Source: Flavobacteriales bacterium
GTDB lineage: Bacteria > Bacteroidota > Bacteroidia > Flavobacteriales > BACL11
Assembly (NCBI GenBank): GCA_965183885.1
Contig: OZ238992.1
Coordinates: forward strand, 500,197 to 564,196
DNA length: 64,000 nt
Direction of reading: 5' to 3'
Below are positions 35,345 through 46,285 of this stretch, one piece after another. The notes below the pieces were generated by a model that saw only the letters and a list, made by a program, of their open reading frames with translations, was not told the origin of the DNA and ran no database searches. The stretch's first letter is position 1, and each line of letters begins with the position of its first letter. Both the position numbers and the translations under genes were made by a program.

Positions 35345-37680
35345 TATTTCTTTTTCCCTCTTGGCTTTTTAGCAGGTTGATTCTCCATTAAGGTAAGACA
35401 TTCTTCTCTTGTTAAATCTTTTGGCTCAGTACCTTTAGGGATTTTAACATTTATTTTCTTTCCTTTAGCTGGAGTAACCTGAATAAAAGGACCATACCTA
35501 CCATTAAGCACCTGAACTAAAGGTTCTCCATCAAAATTTGAAATCAGTCTATCTTTGTCAGCTTGAATTTTTATTTTAATCAACTCAATAGACCTTTCTA
35601 AAGATATTGTTAAAGGCTCTTCTTCATCAGTTTTTTTGATTGAAGTAAACTTCCCATCATATCTAAGATAAGGACCAAATCTACCAATTGAGGCTACAAC
35701 TTCTTTTCCTTCAAACTCTCCAACCAACCTTGGCAATTTAAATAAATCCATTGCTTGATCCAAAGTAATTGTTTGTATTGTCTGTCCTTTAATCAAGGAA
35801 GCAAACTTAGGTTTTGGAGCATTTTCATCTTCTTGTTTTTCACCCATTTGAACCATAGGACCAAAAGGACCTATACGAGCAAATACTTTTGTTCCACTCA
35901 CAGGATCAGTTCCCAACTCTCTTTCTCCAGATGCCTTTCCAACATTTCCTATTACATCAGTAACTTTCTCATGAAACCCTCCATAGAATGAAGCAATCAT
36001 CTCATTCCATACTTTTTTCCCTTCAGCAATTTCATCAAATTCTGTTTCTACAGAAGCAGTAAAACTATACTCCATTACATCAGAAAAATGCTCTACTAAA
36101 AAATCTGTAACAACAATACCTACATCTGTAGGGAACAGCTTTTGTTTTTCAGCCCCTGTAATTGAGGTCTTTTCTAATTTTTCCAAGGTCCCATTCTTAA
36201 GTTCTATCACTTGAGAAATACGCTCGACCCCTTCTCTACTTTCTTTTTCAATATACCCTCTTTTTTGAATAGTAGTAATTGTTGCTGCATATGTTGATGG
36301 TCTTCCAATTCCTAACTCCTCCATCTTTTTTACCAAACTTGCCTCTGCATATCTAGCTGGAGGACGAGAAAATTGTTCAGAAGCAATTGCTTCTGACAAA
36401 CCTAAAACCTCTCCAACCTCTAATTTTGGAAGCATTCCTTTTTGCTCTTCCAAATCATCATCTTTACCTTCAAGATATACTTTCATAAAGCCTTCAAAAG
36501 TAATCACCTCTCCTCTAGCAACAAATTGCTCTGAAGTATTTGAAAGACCAATTTTAACTACTGTTCTATCAAGCCTTGCATCCGACATTTGTGATGAGAT
36601 GGTTCTTTTCCAAATTAAATCATAAAGCCTTTGATGAGAACTATCTCCATCAACAGTTTTATTATTCATATAAGAAGGACGAATAGCCTCATGCGCTTCT
36701 TGCGCCCCTTTCGACTTTTTTGTATAGACTCTTCTTTGCGCATACTCTTCTCCATATAAGTTTGTAATTTCCAAAGCAGCTGCAGCTAAAGCATCATCCG
36801 ATAAATTAACACTATCAGTTCTCATATAAGTTATCTTACCTGCCTCATATAATTTCTGAGCTACCATCATAGTTTGGCTAACTGAAAAGCCTAGCTTACG
36901 AGAAGCTTCTTGTTGTAAAGTTGAAGTAGTAAATGGAGCTGTTGGTGATTTCTTAGCTGGCTTTTGCTCTAATGATTCCACTGAAAAACTAGCATCTTTA
37001 CATTTTTCCATAAAAGCATAAGCTTCCTCATTTTCATTAAAACGCTGTGGCAACTCTGCTTTCACCACTTTAGCATCAGTATTAATAAAGAAAGCAACTA
37101 CCTTATAAGACGATTTAGATGCAAATTCTGAAATTTCTTTTTCTCTCTCTACAATTAAACGAACTGCAACAGACTGTACTCTACCTGCCGACAACCCTTG
37201 TTTAACTTTTCTCCATAAAACAGGAGAAAGCTCAAAACCTACTAATCTATCTAGCACTCTTCTTGCTTGTTGAGCGTTTACTAAATTAGTATCTATTACC
37301 CTAGGGCTTTCAACGGCTTTAGTAATTGCTTTTTTAGTAATTTCATGAAAAACAATTCTTTTTGTTGTTGACGCATCTAACTTTAAAGCCTCCGTTAAAT
37401 GCCAAGCAATAGCTTCCCCCTCTCTATCCTCATCCGTTGCAAGCCATACTGTATCTGCTTTTTTAGCAACACTCTTCAAGTGACTCACAACCTTAGTTTT
37501 ATCTTCTGATATTACATAATTAGGAGCAAACCCATTCTCAATATCAATAGCCATTCCTCCTTTTTTAGGCAAATCTCTAATATGCCCTATACTTGATTCC
37601 ACTACGAAGTCTTTTCCTAAAAATCCTTGTATTATCTTCTTTTTTGCTGGTGATTCTACAATTACTAAGTTTTTTGCCAT
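35344..37680 (-). CDS. topA: DNA topoisomerase I
   Basis: MAKNLVIVESPAKKKIIQGFLGKDFVVESSIGHIRDLP (Toprim); ..ITYMRTDS.. active-site Tyr context; 778 aa. Confidence 0.95.
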   Translation of the reverse strand: MAKNLVIVESPAKKKIIQGFLGKDFVVESSIGHIRDLPKKGGMAIDIENGFAPNYVISEDKTKVVSHLKSVAKKADTVWLATDEDREGEAIAWHLTEALKLDASTTKRIVFHEITKKAITKAVESPRVIDTNLVNAQQARRVLDRLVGFELSPVLWRKVKQGLSAGRVQSVAVRLIVEREKEISEFASKSSYKVVAFFINTDAKVVKAELPQRFNENEEAYAFMEKCKDASFSVESLEQKPAKKSPTAPFTTSTLQQEASRKLGFSVSQTMMVAQKLYEAGKITYMRTDSVNLSDDALAAAALEITNLYGEEYAQRRVYTKKSKGAQEAHEAIRPSYMNNKTVDGDSSHQRLYDLIWKRTISSQMSDARLDRTVVKIGLSNTSEQFVARGEVITFEGFMKVYLEGKDDDLEEQKGMLPKLEVGEVLGLSEAIASEQFSRPPARYAEASLVKKMEELGIGRPSTYAATITTIQKRGYIEKESREGVERISQVIELKNGTLEKLEKTSITGAEKQKLFPTDVGIVVTDFLVEHFSDVMEYSFTASVETEFDEIAEGKKVWNEMIASFYGGFHEKVTDVIGNVGKASGERELGTDPVSGTKVFARIGPFGPMVQMGEKQEDENAPKPKFASLIKGQTIQTITLDQAMDLFKLPRLVGEFEGKEVVASIGRFGPYLRYDGKFTSIKKTDEEEPLTISLERSIELIKIKIQADKDRLISNFDGEPLVQVLNGRYGPFIQVTPAKGKKINVKIPKGTEPKDLTREECLTLMENQPAKKPRGKKK

Positions 37681-37816
37681 AAAAGTATATTTTCAAAATT
37701 TGGTGCAAATAAAAGGAAGTTTTTTTAAATAAAACAAATCGTTTTTTCTTGTCAGTTTCAATTATATTATTTATAATATAAGTAAAATTAGGTACTGCCA
37801 CATTGTCAGTTTTTGT

Positions 37817-37824
37817 TATTTTTG
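37817..37824 (+). promoter_or_regulatory. Candidate Bacteroidota -7 promoter box (TATTTTTG) for the miaB operon
   Basis: Exact TAnnTTTG match 21 nt upstream of the miaB ATG. No clear -33 TTTG at the usual spacing. Confidence 0.3.
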
Positions 37825-37844
37825 CAAATATTTAAACAGTAATT

Positions 37845-39293
37845 ATGAGCATTGAGCACCTATTAGGGAAAAAGATTGATGAAAAAAAGCAAGGAGAAGC
37901 ATTAGATATTCCTAAAAATGAAAAAGCAACTAAAAAAATGTACATTGAGAGCTATGGCTGTCAAATGAACTTTTCAGATAGTGAGATTGTTGCATCTATA
38001 CTTACTGGAGAAGGATTTGCCACTACTCAAGATATTACTGAGGCCGATTTAGTATTCGTAAACACCTGCTCAATAAGAGAAAAAGCAGAGTTAACCGTTA
38101 GAAAAAGACTAGAGTTTTACAACTCAATAAAAAGAGATAAAAACTCTAAAATGCTTGTTGGAGTATTAGGCTGTATGGCTGAACGTTTAAAAGAAAAGTT
38201 CTTAGAGGAAGAGAAATTAGTTGACTTAGTTGTTGGCCCTGATTCTTATAGAGATTTACCAAACCTAATTAAACAGGTTGAAGACGGAAGGAAAGCTGTA
38301 AATGTATTTTTATCTCGTGAAGAAACTTATGCTGATATTAGCCCTGTAAGACTTGGAGGAAATGGCGTTACTGCATTTGTATCAATTACTAGAGGCTGCG
38401 ACAATATGTGTACTTTCTGTGTTGTCCCTTATACTAGAGGTAGAGAAAGAAGTCGTAACCCAGAAAGTATAATTGAAGAATGCACTCAATTATTTAAAGA
38501 TGGCTATAGAGAAATTACATTATTAGGACAAAATGTTGATTCTTATCTTTGGTATGGAGGAGGTGCTAAAAAAGACTTTAAAAAAGCAAGTGAAGAAGCT
38601 AGAGGAAATGCTCTTAGCTTTGCCAACTTACTTGATAAAGTAGCTAATGTAAACCCAAAACTACGCATTCGCTTTTCCACCTCAAACCCACAAGATATGG
38701 GAGTAGATGTAATTGATGTAATGGCAAAGCATGATAATATTTGTAACTATATTCATCTTCCTGTACAATCAGGAAGCAGTAGAATATTAGAGCTTATGAA
38801 TAGGGGTTATAATAGAGAAAAATACATTCAGCTAATTAATGATATTAAACAACGAATCCCTGACTGTGCTATTTCTATGGATATGATTACAGGCTTTTGT
38901 AGCGAAACAGTGGAAGACCATAAAGAAACGCTATCATTAATGGATTATGTAGAGTATGACTATGGCTATATGTTCAAGTACTCTGAACGCCCAAATACTC
39001 CTGCACAAAGAAAAATGGAAGATGATATTCCTGAAAAAGAAAAACAAAGAAGGCTTGCTGAAATTATTAGCAAACAACAAGCTCATTCTTTAAAAAACAT
39101 GCAAAAGAAAGTAGGACACACCTATGAAGTGCTTATTGAAGGCGTATCAAAAAAATCAAAAGAGCATTTGTATGGAAGAACTACTCATAACTCAGCAGTA
39201 ATATTAAACAAAGGAAATCATAAATTAGGTGAATATGTTATGGTTAAAATTAATGACTGCACCTCTGCTACACTTAAAGGAACCGTATTATAA
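37845..39293 (+). CDS. miaB: tRNA-2-methylthio-N6-dimethylallyladenosine synthase
   Basis: [16 protein letters not shown], radical-SAM [11 protein letters not shown], and a C-terminal TRAM-like domain. Confidence 0.9.
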   Translation: MSIEHLLGKKIDEKKQGEALDIPKNEKATKKMYIESYGCQMNFSDSEIVASILTGEGFATTQDITEADLVFVNTCSIREKAELTVRKRLEFYNSIKRDKNSKMLVGVLGCMAERLKEKFLEEEKLVDLVVGPDSYRDLPNLIKQVEDGRKAVNVFLSREETYADISPVRLGGNGVTAFVSITRGCDNMCTFCVVPYTRGRERSRNPESIIEECTQLFKDGYREITLLGQNVDSYLWYGGGAKKDFKKASEEARGNALSFANLLDKVANVNPKLRIRFSTSNPQDMGVDVIDVMAKHDNICNYIHLPVQSGSSRILELMNRGYNREKYIQLINDIKQRIPDCAISMDMITGFCSETVEDHKETLSLMDYVEYDYGYMFKYSERPNTPAQRKMEDDIPEKEKQRRLAEIISKQQAHSLKNMQKKVGHTYEVLIEGVSKKSKEHLYGRTTHNSAVILNKGNHKLGEYVMVKINDCTSATLKGTVL

Positions 39294-39295
39294 TA

Positions 39296-40471
39296 ATGAA
39301 TAGTCAACAAGCAAAACAACGATTTGGAATTATAGGAAACAACCCTAAATTAGAAAGAGCTATTGATGTTGCACTTCAAGTAGCTCCTACTGACATTTCT
39401 ATACTTGTTGTTGGAGAAAGTGGAACAGGAAAAGAGAATATCCCTAAAATCATTCATCAGAATAGTAAAAGAAAACACAATCCTTACATTGCTGTTAATT
39501 GTGGAGCAATACCTGAAGGTACAATTGACAGTGAACTTTTTGGACATGAAAAAGGATCTTTTACTGGAGCTCATGACAGCAGGAAAGGTTACTTTGAAGC
39601 TGCAAATACAGGAACTATATTTTTAGATGAGGTTGGTGAGCTACCTATGGCTTCACAAGCACGATTATTAAGAGTATTAGAAAATGGTGAATTTATAAAA
39701 GTAGGGTCATCAAAAGCACAAAAAACAGATGTTAGGATTATTGCTGCTACAAACATAAATATGCAAGAAGCTGTAAAAAAAGGCACTTTTCGTGAGGACT
39801 TATACTATCGATTAAATACTATTAGCATACAGCTACCTCCTTTAAGAAATAGAGATAATGACATTCATTTGCTATTTCGAAAATTTGCCGCCGATTTTGC
39901 TGACCAGTACAGCACTCCACCAATTCGACTTACTGAAGATGCAGTTGAAGTTTTAAAAGCATATAATTGGCCTGGAAACATCCGACAACTTAGGAATTTT
40001 GTTGCTCAGCTTTCTGTTATTGAATCGGAACGCATGATTACAGCCAGCACTTTAGAAGAACATTTACCTACAAATACTGGAACTGCCCCCGTACTTTTTG
40101 AAGATAAAAATAAAGCTGACTTATCTGAGAGAGAAATACTTTACAAAGTACTTTTTGACATGAAGCGTGATCTTACTGATTTAAAAAAGATTACTTTTGA
40201 CCTGATGCAAAAAGAAGGAAACACTGAAGTAATGAGTAATGTAAGCCCTTCTGTTTTTAATGAAAATACAGAGCATAATCTCTTTATTACAAATAAAGAA
40301 GAAAATGAAAATACCATTGAAGTAGAGGAATCTTTATCCTTATTTGAACAAGAAAAGAAATTGGTTGAAAAATCATTATTAAAGCATAAAGGAAAAAGAA
40401 AAGATGCAGCTGCAGAATTAGGAATATCAGAAAGAACACTCTATAGAAAACTAAAAGAATTTGGATTATAA
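39296..40471 (+). CDS. Sigma-54-dependent transcriptional activator (AAA+ plus Fis-type HTH) with no N-terminal sensor/receiver domain
   Basis: Walker A GESGTGKE begins about 40 aa from the N-terminus. GSFTGA loop (GAFTGA variant). C-terminal AAAELGISERTLYRKLKEFGL. Confidence 0.85.
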   Translation: MNSQQAKQRFGIIGNNPKLERAIDVALQVAPTDISILVVGESGTGKENIPKIIHQNSKRKHNPYIAVNCGAIPEGTIDSELFGHEKGSFTGAHDSRKGYFEAANTGTIFLDEVGELPMASQARLLRVLENGEFIKVGSSKAQKTDVRIIAATNINMQEAVKKGTFREDLYYRLNTISIQLPPLRNRDNDIHLLFRKFAADFADQYSTPPIRLTEDAVEVLKAYNWPGNIRQLRNFVAQLSVIESERMITASTLEEHLPTNTGTAPVLFEDKNKADLSEREILYKVLFDMKRDLTDLKKITFDLMQKEGNTEVMSNVSPSVFNENTEHNLFITNKEENENTIEVEESLSLFEQEKKLVEKSLLKHKGKRKDAAAELGISERTLYRKLKEFGL

Positions 40472-40977
40472 TGCAATTAAATAAATTACTAATTACGCTT
40501 TCATTAAGCATCGTATTCTTTTCTTCTTGTGGAATCTATTCTTTTACAGGAGCTTCTGTTCCTGTTGGAGCAGAAACTGTATCCGTAGCATATTTTAATA
40601 ATAAAGCAGCTACAATACAAGCAAGTTTAAGTCAAGTATTTACTGAGCGCTTAAAAGATATGTTTTTAGAACAAACAAATTTAAGCCTTAGTGATAATGA
40701 GGGAGATTTAGCATTTAGCGGATATATTAGTAAGTATCAAATAAAACCTATGGCAATTATGGCAAATGAAACCGCTGCCAAAAACAGGTTAACTATTGCT
40801 GTAAAAGTAACTTATAACAATAGCTTTGACGCTAGCAAAAACTTTGAGCAAACTTTTAGCAGCTATAAAGATTATGATAGCTCACAAAACTTATCAGAAG
40901 TAGAAACTGTATTAATTGAAGAGATAACAAACCAATTAGCAGAAGACATCTTTAATAAAGCAGTAGTAAATTGGTAA
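40471..40977 (+). CDS. lptE: LptE-family LPS-assembly lipoprotein
   Basis: Lipobox FFSSCGIYSFTGASVP; 168 aa; conserved operon position before secG in Bacteroidota. The start overlaps the upstream stop (TAATG). Confidence 0.6.
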   Translation: MQLNKLLITLSLSIVFFSSCGIYSFTGASVPVGAETVSVAYFNNKAATIQASLSQVFTERLKDMFLEQTNLSLSDNEGDLAFSGYISKYQIKPMAIMANETAAKNRLTIAVKVTYNNSFDASKNFEQTFSSYKDYDSSQNLSEVETVLIEEITNQLAEDIFNKAVVNW

Positions 40978-41648
40978 TGGAAATCCAAAAACTAATATCC
41001 AACCCTAATCAAATAAGTAAAACTGAGATTACTTATCTTGACAACTTGCTTTTAGAGCATCCTTATTTCCAAAGTGGACAATTACTACTTGCAAAAGGAC
41101 TGCTCAATACAGATAGCATACGCTATAACCGACAACTTAAAAAAGCTGCAGCTTATGCTTTAGAAAGAAAACAACTTTTTACACTTATCACCTCCAATAA
41201 ATCAGAGTCAATTAAAGAAGAAAGTCTAAGTAAAATTGAAGTTAGCACTGATAAAAGCCCCGAAGAAAGCTTAGAGATTGGAAAACCTTTACAATTTGAT
41301 GAAACTGAAAGCCATTCTTTTTCTGAATGGTTAGCACTATCAAAAGTAAAGAAAATAAAAAGAAAGGAAAAACCTAAAAAAGTAGACTTAGTTGATGACT
41401 TTATTAAAAAAGAAACTGGCATTAGCAAGCCTAAAAAAGGAACTTTTTTTAAAGCTATAGATGTTGCAAAAGAAAGTTTAATTGAAAATGATGAGCTTGT
41501 AACACCTACTTTAGCTAAGGTTTACCTAGAGCAAGGCCATTATGAAAAGGCTATTTATGCTTATCAAAAATTAATTTTGAAATATCCAGAAAAAAATAGT
41601 TTCTTTGCAACCCAAATTGAATTGATTAATAATTTAAATAAAAAATAA
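40977..41648 (+). CDS. Hypothetical protein with a C-terminal TPR-like helix pair
   Basis: ATG at 40977 overlaps the lptE stop (TAATG); the track starts at TTG 40971. ..LAKVYLEQGHYEKAIYAYQKLILKYPEKNSFF.. Confidence 0.5.
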   Translation: MEIQKLISNPNQISKTEITYLDNLLLEHPYFQSGQLLLAKGLLNTDSIRYNRQLKKAAAYALERKQLFTLITSNKSESIKEESLSKIEVSTDKSPEESLEIGKPLQFDETESHSFSEWLALSKVKKIKRKEKPKKVDLVDDFIKKETGISKPKKGTFFKAIDVAKESLIENDELVTPTLAKVYLEQGHYEKAIYAYQKLILKYPEKNSFFATQIELINNLNKK

Positions 41649-41649
41649 A

Positions 41650-41973
41650 ATGTACACGATTTTTGCAATCCTTATCATCATAACATCCATCCTATTAGTT
41701 TTAGTTGTTTTAGTTCAGAATCCTAAAGGTGGTGGATTATCTTCATCATTTGGTGGTGGAGGTGGAAACCAAATTATGGGTGCAAAAAAAACTACTGACT
41801 TTTTAGAAAAAGCAACTTGGACTTTAGCAATTGCTTTAATTTCTTTAAGTTTATTATCAAACTTTGCAATCCCAAGAAATAATGACACTGAAGCTGTTGA
41901 AATTAAAGCTCAGGAACAAATTGATGATGCTGTAATCCCTAACTTACCAGTTAACCCAGCACAAGGAGAGTAA
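41650..41973 (+). CDS. secG: Preprotein translocase subunit SecG
   Basis: Two TM segments with VLVQNPKGGGLSSSFGGGG between them. Confidence 0.85.
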   Translation: MYTIFAILIIITSILLVLVVLVQNPKGGGLSSSFGGGGGNQIMGAKKTTDFLEKATWTLAIALISLSLLSNFAIPRNNDTEAVEIKAQEQIDDAVIPNLPVNPAQGE

Positions 41974-42040
41974 TACTTCTTTTATTTTACTGTTTTTGTT
42001 TATCTGCCATAATTTCATTTATTTTGGACGCTTATTGCTT

Positions 42041-42055
42041 TGGCATACTTTATGC
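42041..42055 (+). promoter_or_regulatory. Sigma-54-type -24/-12-like element upstream of groES (TGGCAT-N5-ATGC)
   Basis: GG (42042-43) and GC (42054-55) have the canonical 12-nt register of TGGCAC-N5-TTGC, with one mismatch in each half. It lies 35 nt upstream of the groES ATG. Confidence 0.35.
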
Positions 42056-42089
42056 ATTAGTATAATCTCAGAATAATAAATATATAATA

Positions 42090-42371
42090 ATGACAAAAAT
42101 AAACATCACCCCTTTAGCTGATAGAGTTATCATACAGCAAAATGCAGCTGAGACCACAACTGCAAGTGGTATAATAATACCAGACACTGCACAAGAAAAA
42201 CCTCAAAAAGGAAAAGTTATTGCAGTAGGAAAAGGCACCAAAGACAACCCTGTTACTGTAAATGAAGGCGATAACGTACTTTATGGTAAATATGCTGGAA
42301 CTGAATTAAAATTTGAAGGAGAAGATTATCTTATAATGAGAGAGTCAGATATTTTAGCAATTATAAAATAA
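42090..42371 (+). CDS. groES: Co-chaperonin GroES
   Basis: 93 aa. [11 protein letters not shown]...GKVIAVGKG... Confidence 0.95.
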   Translation: MTKINITPLADRVIIQQNAAETTTASGIIIPDTAQEKPQKGKVIAVGKGTKDNPVTVNEGDNVLYGKYAGTELKFEGEDYLIMRESDILAIIK

Positions 42372-44006
<1,635 letters not shown>

Positions 44007-44040
44007 TTTAGACTAATAGTAGTTAGATATTAGACAAATG

Positions 44041-44070
44041 AAATCTCTGCCAATACGGTGGGGATTTTTT
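44041..44070 (+). terminator. Rho-independent terminator after groEL
   Basis: AAAUCUCUGCC-AAUAC-GGUGGGGAUUU hairpin (with G-U pairs) followed by UUUUUU. Confidence 0.6.
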
Positions 44071-44377
44071 ATTTAAATGGTTTTACAATACCCTTTCCCA
44101 ACCACTTTAAACCTAGCCAAATAAATTTCAGAAAGTGATATACAATTTGAAACGCAAATAATGCAAATATTACAATTGAAAGAAGAATCATTTCTAAAAA
44201 ATTCAATCTCTTATCCTCAGAATTTTTAAGTTCCTCAACATCTTCACTATTAATCTCATTTACTTCAACCTTCAAAGTATCTTGCTTTACTTCTAAAGTA
44301 TCAACAACCGCAAAAGAAGCATAACTTACATTAGTAAATGTAGTTAGTATAACTAAAAAGGATATTATCTTCTTCAT
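44069..44377 (-). CDS. Small hypothetical membrane/secreted protein
   Basis: Signal peptide MKKIISFLVILTTFTNVSYA, an acidic middle, and a C-terminal hydrophobic segment. No recognisable family. Confidence 0.45.
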   Translation of the reverse strand: MKKIISFLVILTTFTNVSYASFAVVDTLEVKQDTLKVEVNEINSEDVEELKNSEDKRLNFLEMILLSIVIFALFAFQIVYHFLKFIWLGLKWLGKGIVKPFK

Positions 44378-44449
44378 AACTTAATATGTATTGATTAATA
44401 ATAGCACAAAGCTAAATCATAAAAAATAAAATGTTATGCTATGCATAGT

Positions 44450-44483
44450 AAATAAAGAAGCCCTACCGATACAGTAGGGCTTC
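44450..44483 (-). terminator. Rho-independent terminator at the end of the dcw cluster (after ftsZ)
   Basis: Perfect 10-bp stem GAAGCCCUAC / GUAGGGCUUC (44457-44466 / 44474-44483) with a 7-nt loop, followed on the minus strand by UUUAUUU. Confidence 0.8.
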
Positions 44484-44516
44484 TTTATAAAAAACTAACA
44501 GTCAAATTACATGTCG

Positions 44517-46256
44517 TTAATCTACATTATCGTGCAAAAATGAGTTGTTTTGTCTTAGCACTGTAGTATTATTTTCTCCTTCATTTAAAGTATAAGTAGA
44601 ACGCTCACTTTCTGAAGAGTGTGTTGTTTCTTCTAAATCGATATTATTACGTTTATAAGCAGGAATATCTTCCAAGTTAGTTAATCCAGAAGGAGTGCGT
44701 AACTGCTGAGAAATAGCTCTCAACCTATTTTCTCGCTCTCTTGCCTCTACTTTCATACTATCCGTATTAACAAAAGGAGCACTTTCCATAGTATTTAAAG
44801 TTTGCTCTTGTTTAGGCTTAACCTCTTCCTCCTCTATATCAGAGTCATCTAACTCAACATCACCTAAATCCAACACTACTGTTTTTTGTACAGGAGCTAC
44901 TTCCTCATCTAAAATAATTGAAGCAATCATTTCTTCTGAATTCTCTTCAAATTCAGGCTCTACCGCCACATCTATATCAGCATCTAACTCAAAAACTATT
45001 TTCTTTTCCTCAGTAAATTGAGGTACAGTTTCAATAACTTGGTTTGTTTCAAAAGATATTGTTTCATTTACAACTGGATTTTCAAACTCATCATCTTCTA
45101 AGTCTAAAGTTTGTTGTGGACTCTCAACTATAGGTGTATTTACTATAGCTTCAAATGAAGTTGGAGTTGAAGTAATAGTTTCAGCTCTTTTTATTGGCGT
45201 TGGCTCTTCATTAAAATCTTCTAAACTTTTTTCTTCCTCTAAACCTAAAACTGTCGTTCCTTTAGGCTTTCTTTTCTCCTCAAACCCTGTTGCAACAACA
45301 GTTACACTAACAGCTGCTCCTAAATCAGAGTCAATACCAATACCTTCAATAATATTCACATTTCTACCAGCTGCTTCTTGTATCTTATTTTTTATCTTAA
45401 ATAGCTCTGACATTTTAATCTCATCATCACCATCACCTGTTACAATTTTTAACAATACTTGCTGAGCGCCAGTAATATCGTTATCATTTAACAAAGGTGA
45501 ATCTAAAGCTCCCATCACTGCTTCAATAGCTCTATTTTCTCCTTCAGCTACTGCCTGTCCCATAACTGCAGTTCCACTATTTTCTAATACTTTTCTAGCA
45601 TCATTTAAATCAATATTAACTAATAAATGCTGTGAAATTACTTCTGCAATACCTTTAGTTGCTGTATTTAAAACCTCATTAGCTTTACCAAAAGCTTGAG
45701 TAAAAGTAAGATCTCCATATACCTCAATTAATTTATCATTATTAATAATTAAAAGTGTATCAACATATTTCTTAAGTTCAGACAAACCGTCCTCTGCATA
45801 TTGTTTACGATATCCTCCTTCTGTAGAGAAAGGGTTAGTAACAACACCAACAGTTAATATTCCTTTTTCACGAGCAATTTCAGCAATAACTGGTGCAGCA
45901 CCTGTTCCTGTACCACCACCCATACCAGCAGTTAAAAATAACATCTTGGTATTTGCATCTAACAATTCAACAATTCGCTCAGCACTCTCCTCTGCTGCTC
46001 TTCTTCCTACTTCAGGATTAGATCCTGCTCCAAGCCCCTCAGTAAGTGTTGCTCCTAATTGAATTTTAATTGGAACTGGGCTTGCCTCAAGAGCTTGTGC
46101 ATCAGTATTACAAATTACAAAATCTACTCCCTTAATTCCATGCTCAAACATGTAATTAACAGCATTACTACCTCCACCTCCAATTCCCATCACTTTTATT
46201 TGTGATGATTGATGTTTTGGCATCTGGAAATCCATTCCTAAGTCAATTGCGCTCAT
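44517..46256 (-). CDS. ftsZ: Cell division protein FtsZ with a long acidic linker and an extended C-terminal tail
   Basis: GIGGGGSNAVN, GGGTGTGAAPV, a long E/D-rich linker, and ..LEDIPAYKRNN.. (C-terminal peptide). Confidence 0.95.
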   Translation of the reverse strand: MSAIDLGMDFQMPKHQSSQIKVMGIGGGGSNAVNYMFEHGIKGVDFVICNTDAQALEASPVPIKIQLGATLTEGLGAGSNPEVGRRAAEESAERIVELLDANTKMLFLTAGMGGGTGTGAAPVIAEIAREKGILTVGVVTNPFSTEGGYRKQYAEDGLSELKKYVDTLLIINNDKLIEVYGDLTFTQAFGKANEVLNTATKGIAEVISQHLLVNIDLNDARKVLENSGTAVMGQAVAEGENRAIEAVMGALDSPLLNDNDITGAQQVLLKIVTGDGDDEIKMSELFKIKNKIQEAAGRNVNIIEGIGIDSDLGAAVSVTVVATGFEEKRKPKGTTVLGLEEEKSLEDFNEEPTPIKRAETITSTPTSFEAIVNTPIVESPQQTLDLEDDEFENPVVNETISFETNQVIETVPQFTEEKKIVFELDADIDVAVEPEFEENSEEMIASIILDEEVAPVQKTVVLDLGDVELDDSDIEEEEVKPKQEQTLNTMESAPFVNTDSMKVEARERENRLRAISQQLRTPSGLTNLEDIPAYKRNNIDLEETTHSSESERSTYTLNEGENNTTVLRQNNSFLHDNVD

Positions 46257-46285
46257 AATTTTCTTTTTTTTGAATTTATTAATTT

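Noticed and set aside
37577-37801. 74-aa ORF on the minus strand spanning the topA start and upstream spacer
   Set aside because: It overlaps the well-supported topA N-terminus in another frame, and the remainder is AT-rich promoter spacer. The sequence has no features of a real protein.
42025-42038. Second sigma-54-like element TTGGAC...TTGC upstream of groES
   Set aside because: The GG-to-GC register is 11 rather than 12 nt, which is normally not tolerated by sigma-54. Only the downstream element (42041-42055) is kept as a candidate.
41974-42089. CIRCE (HrcA) operator or a sigma-32-type heat-shock promoter upstream of groES
   Set aside because: There is no TTAGCACTC-N9-GAGTGCTAA-like inverted repeat and no CTTGAAA/CCCCAT-type pair in the spacer.
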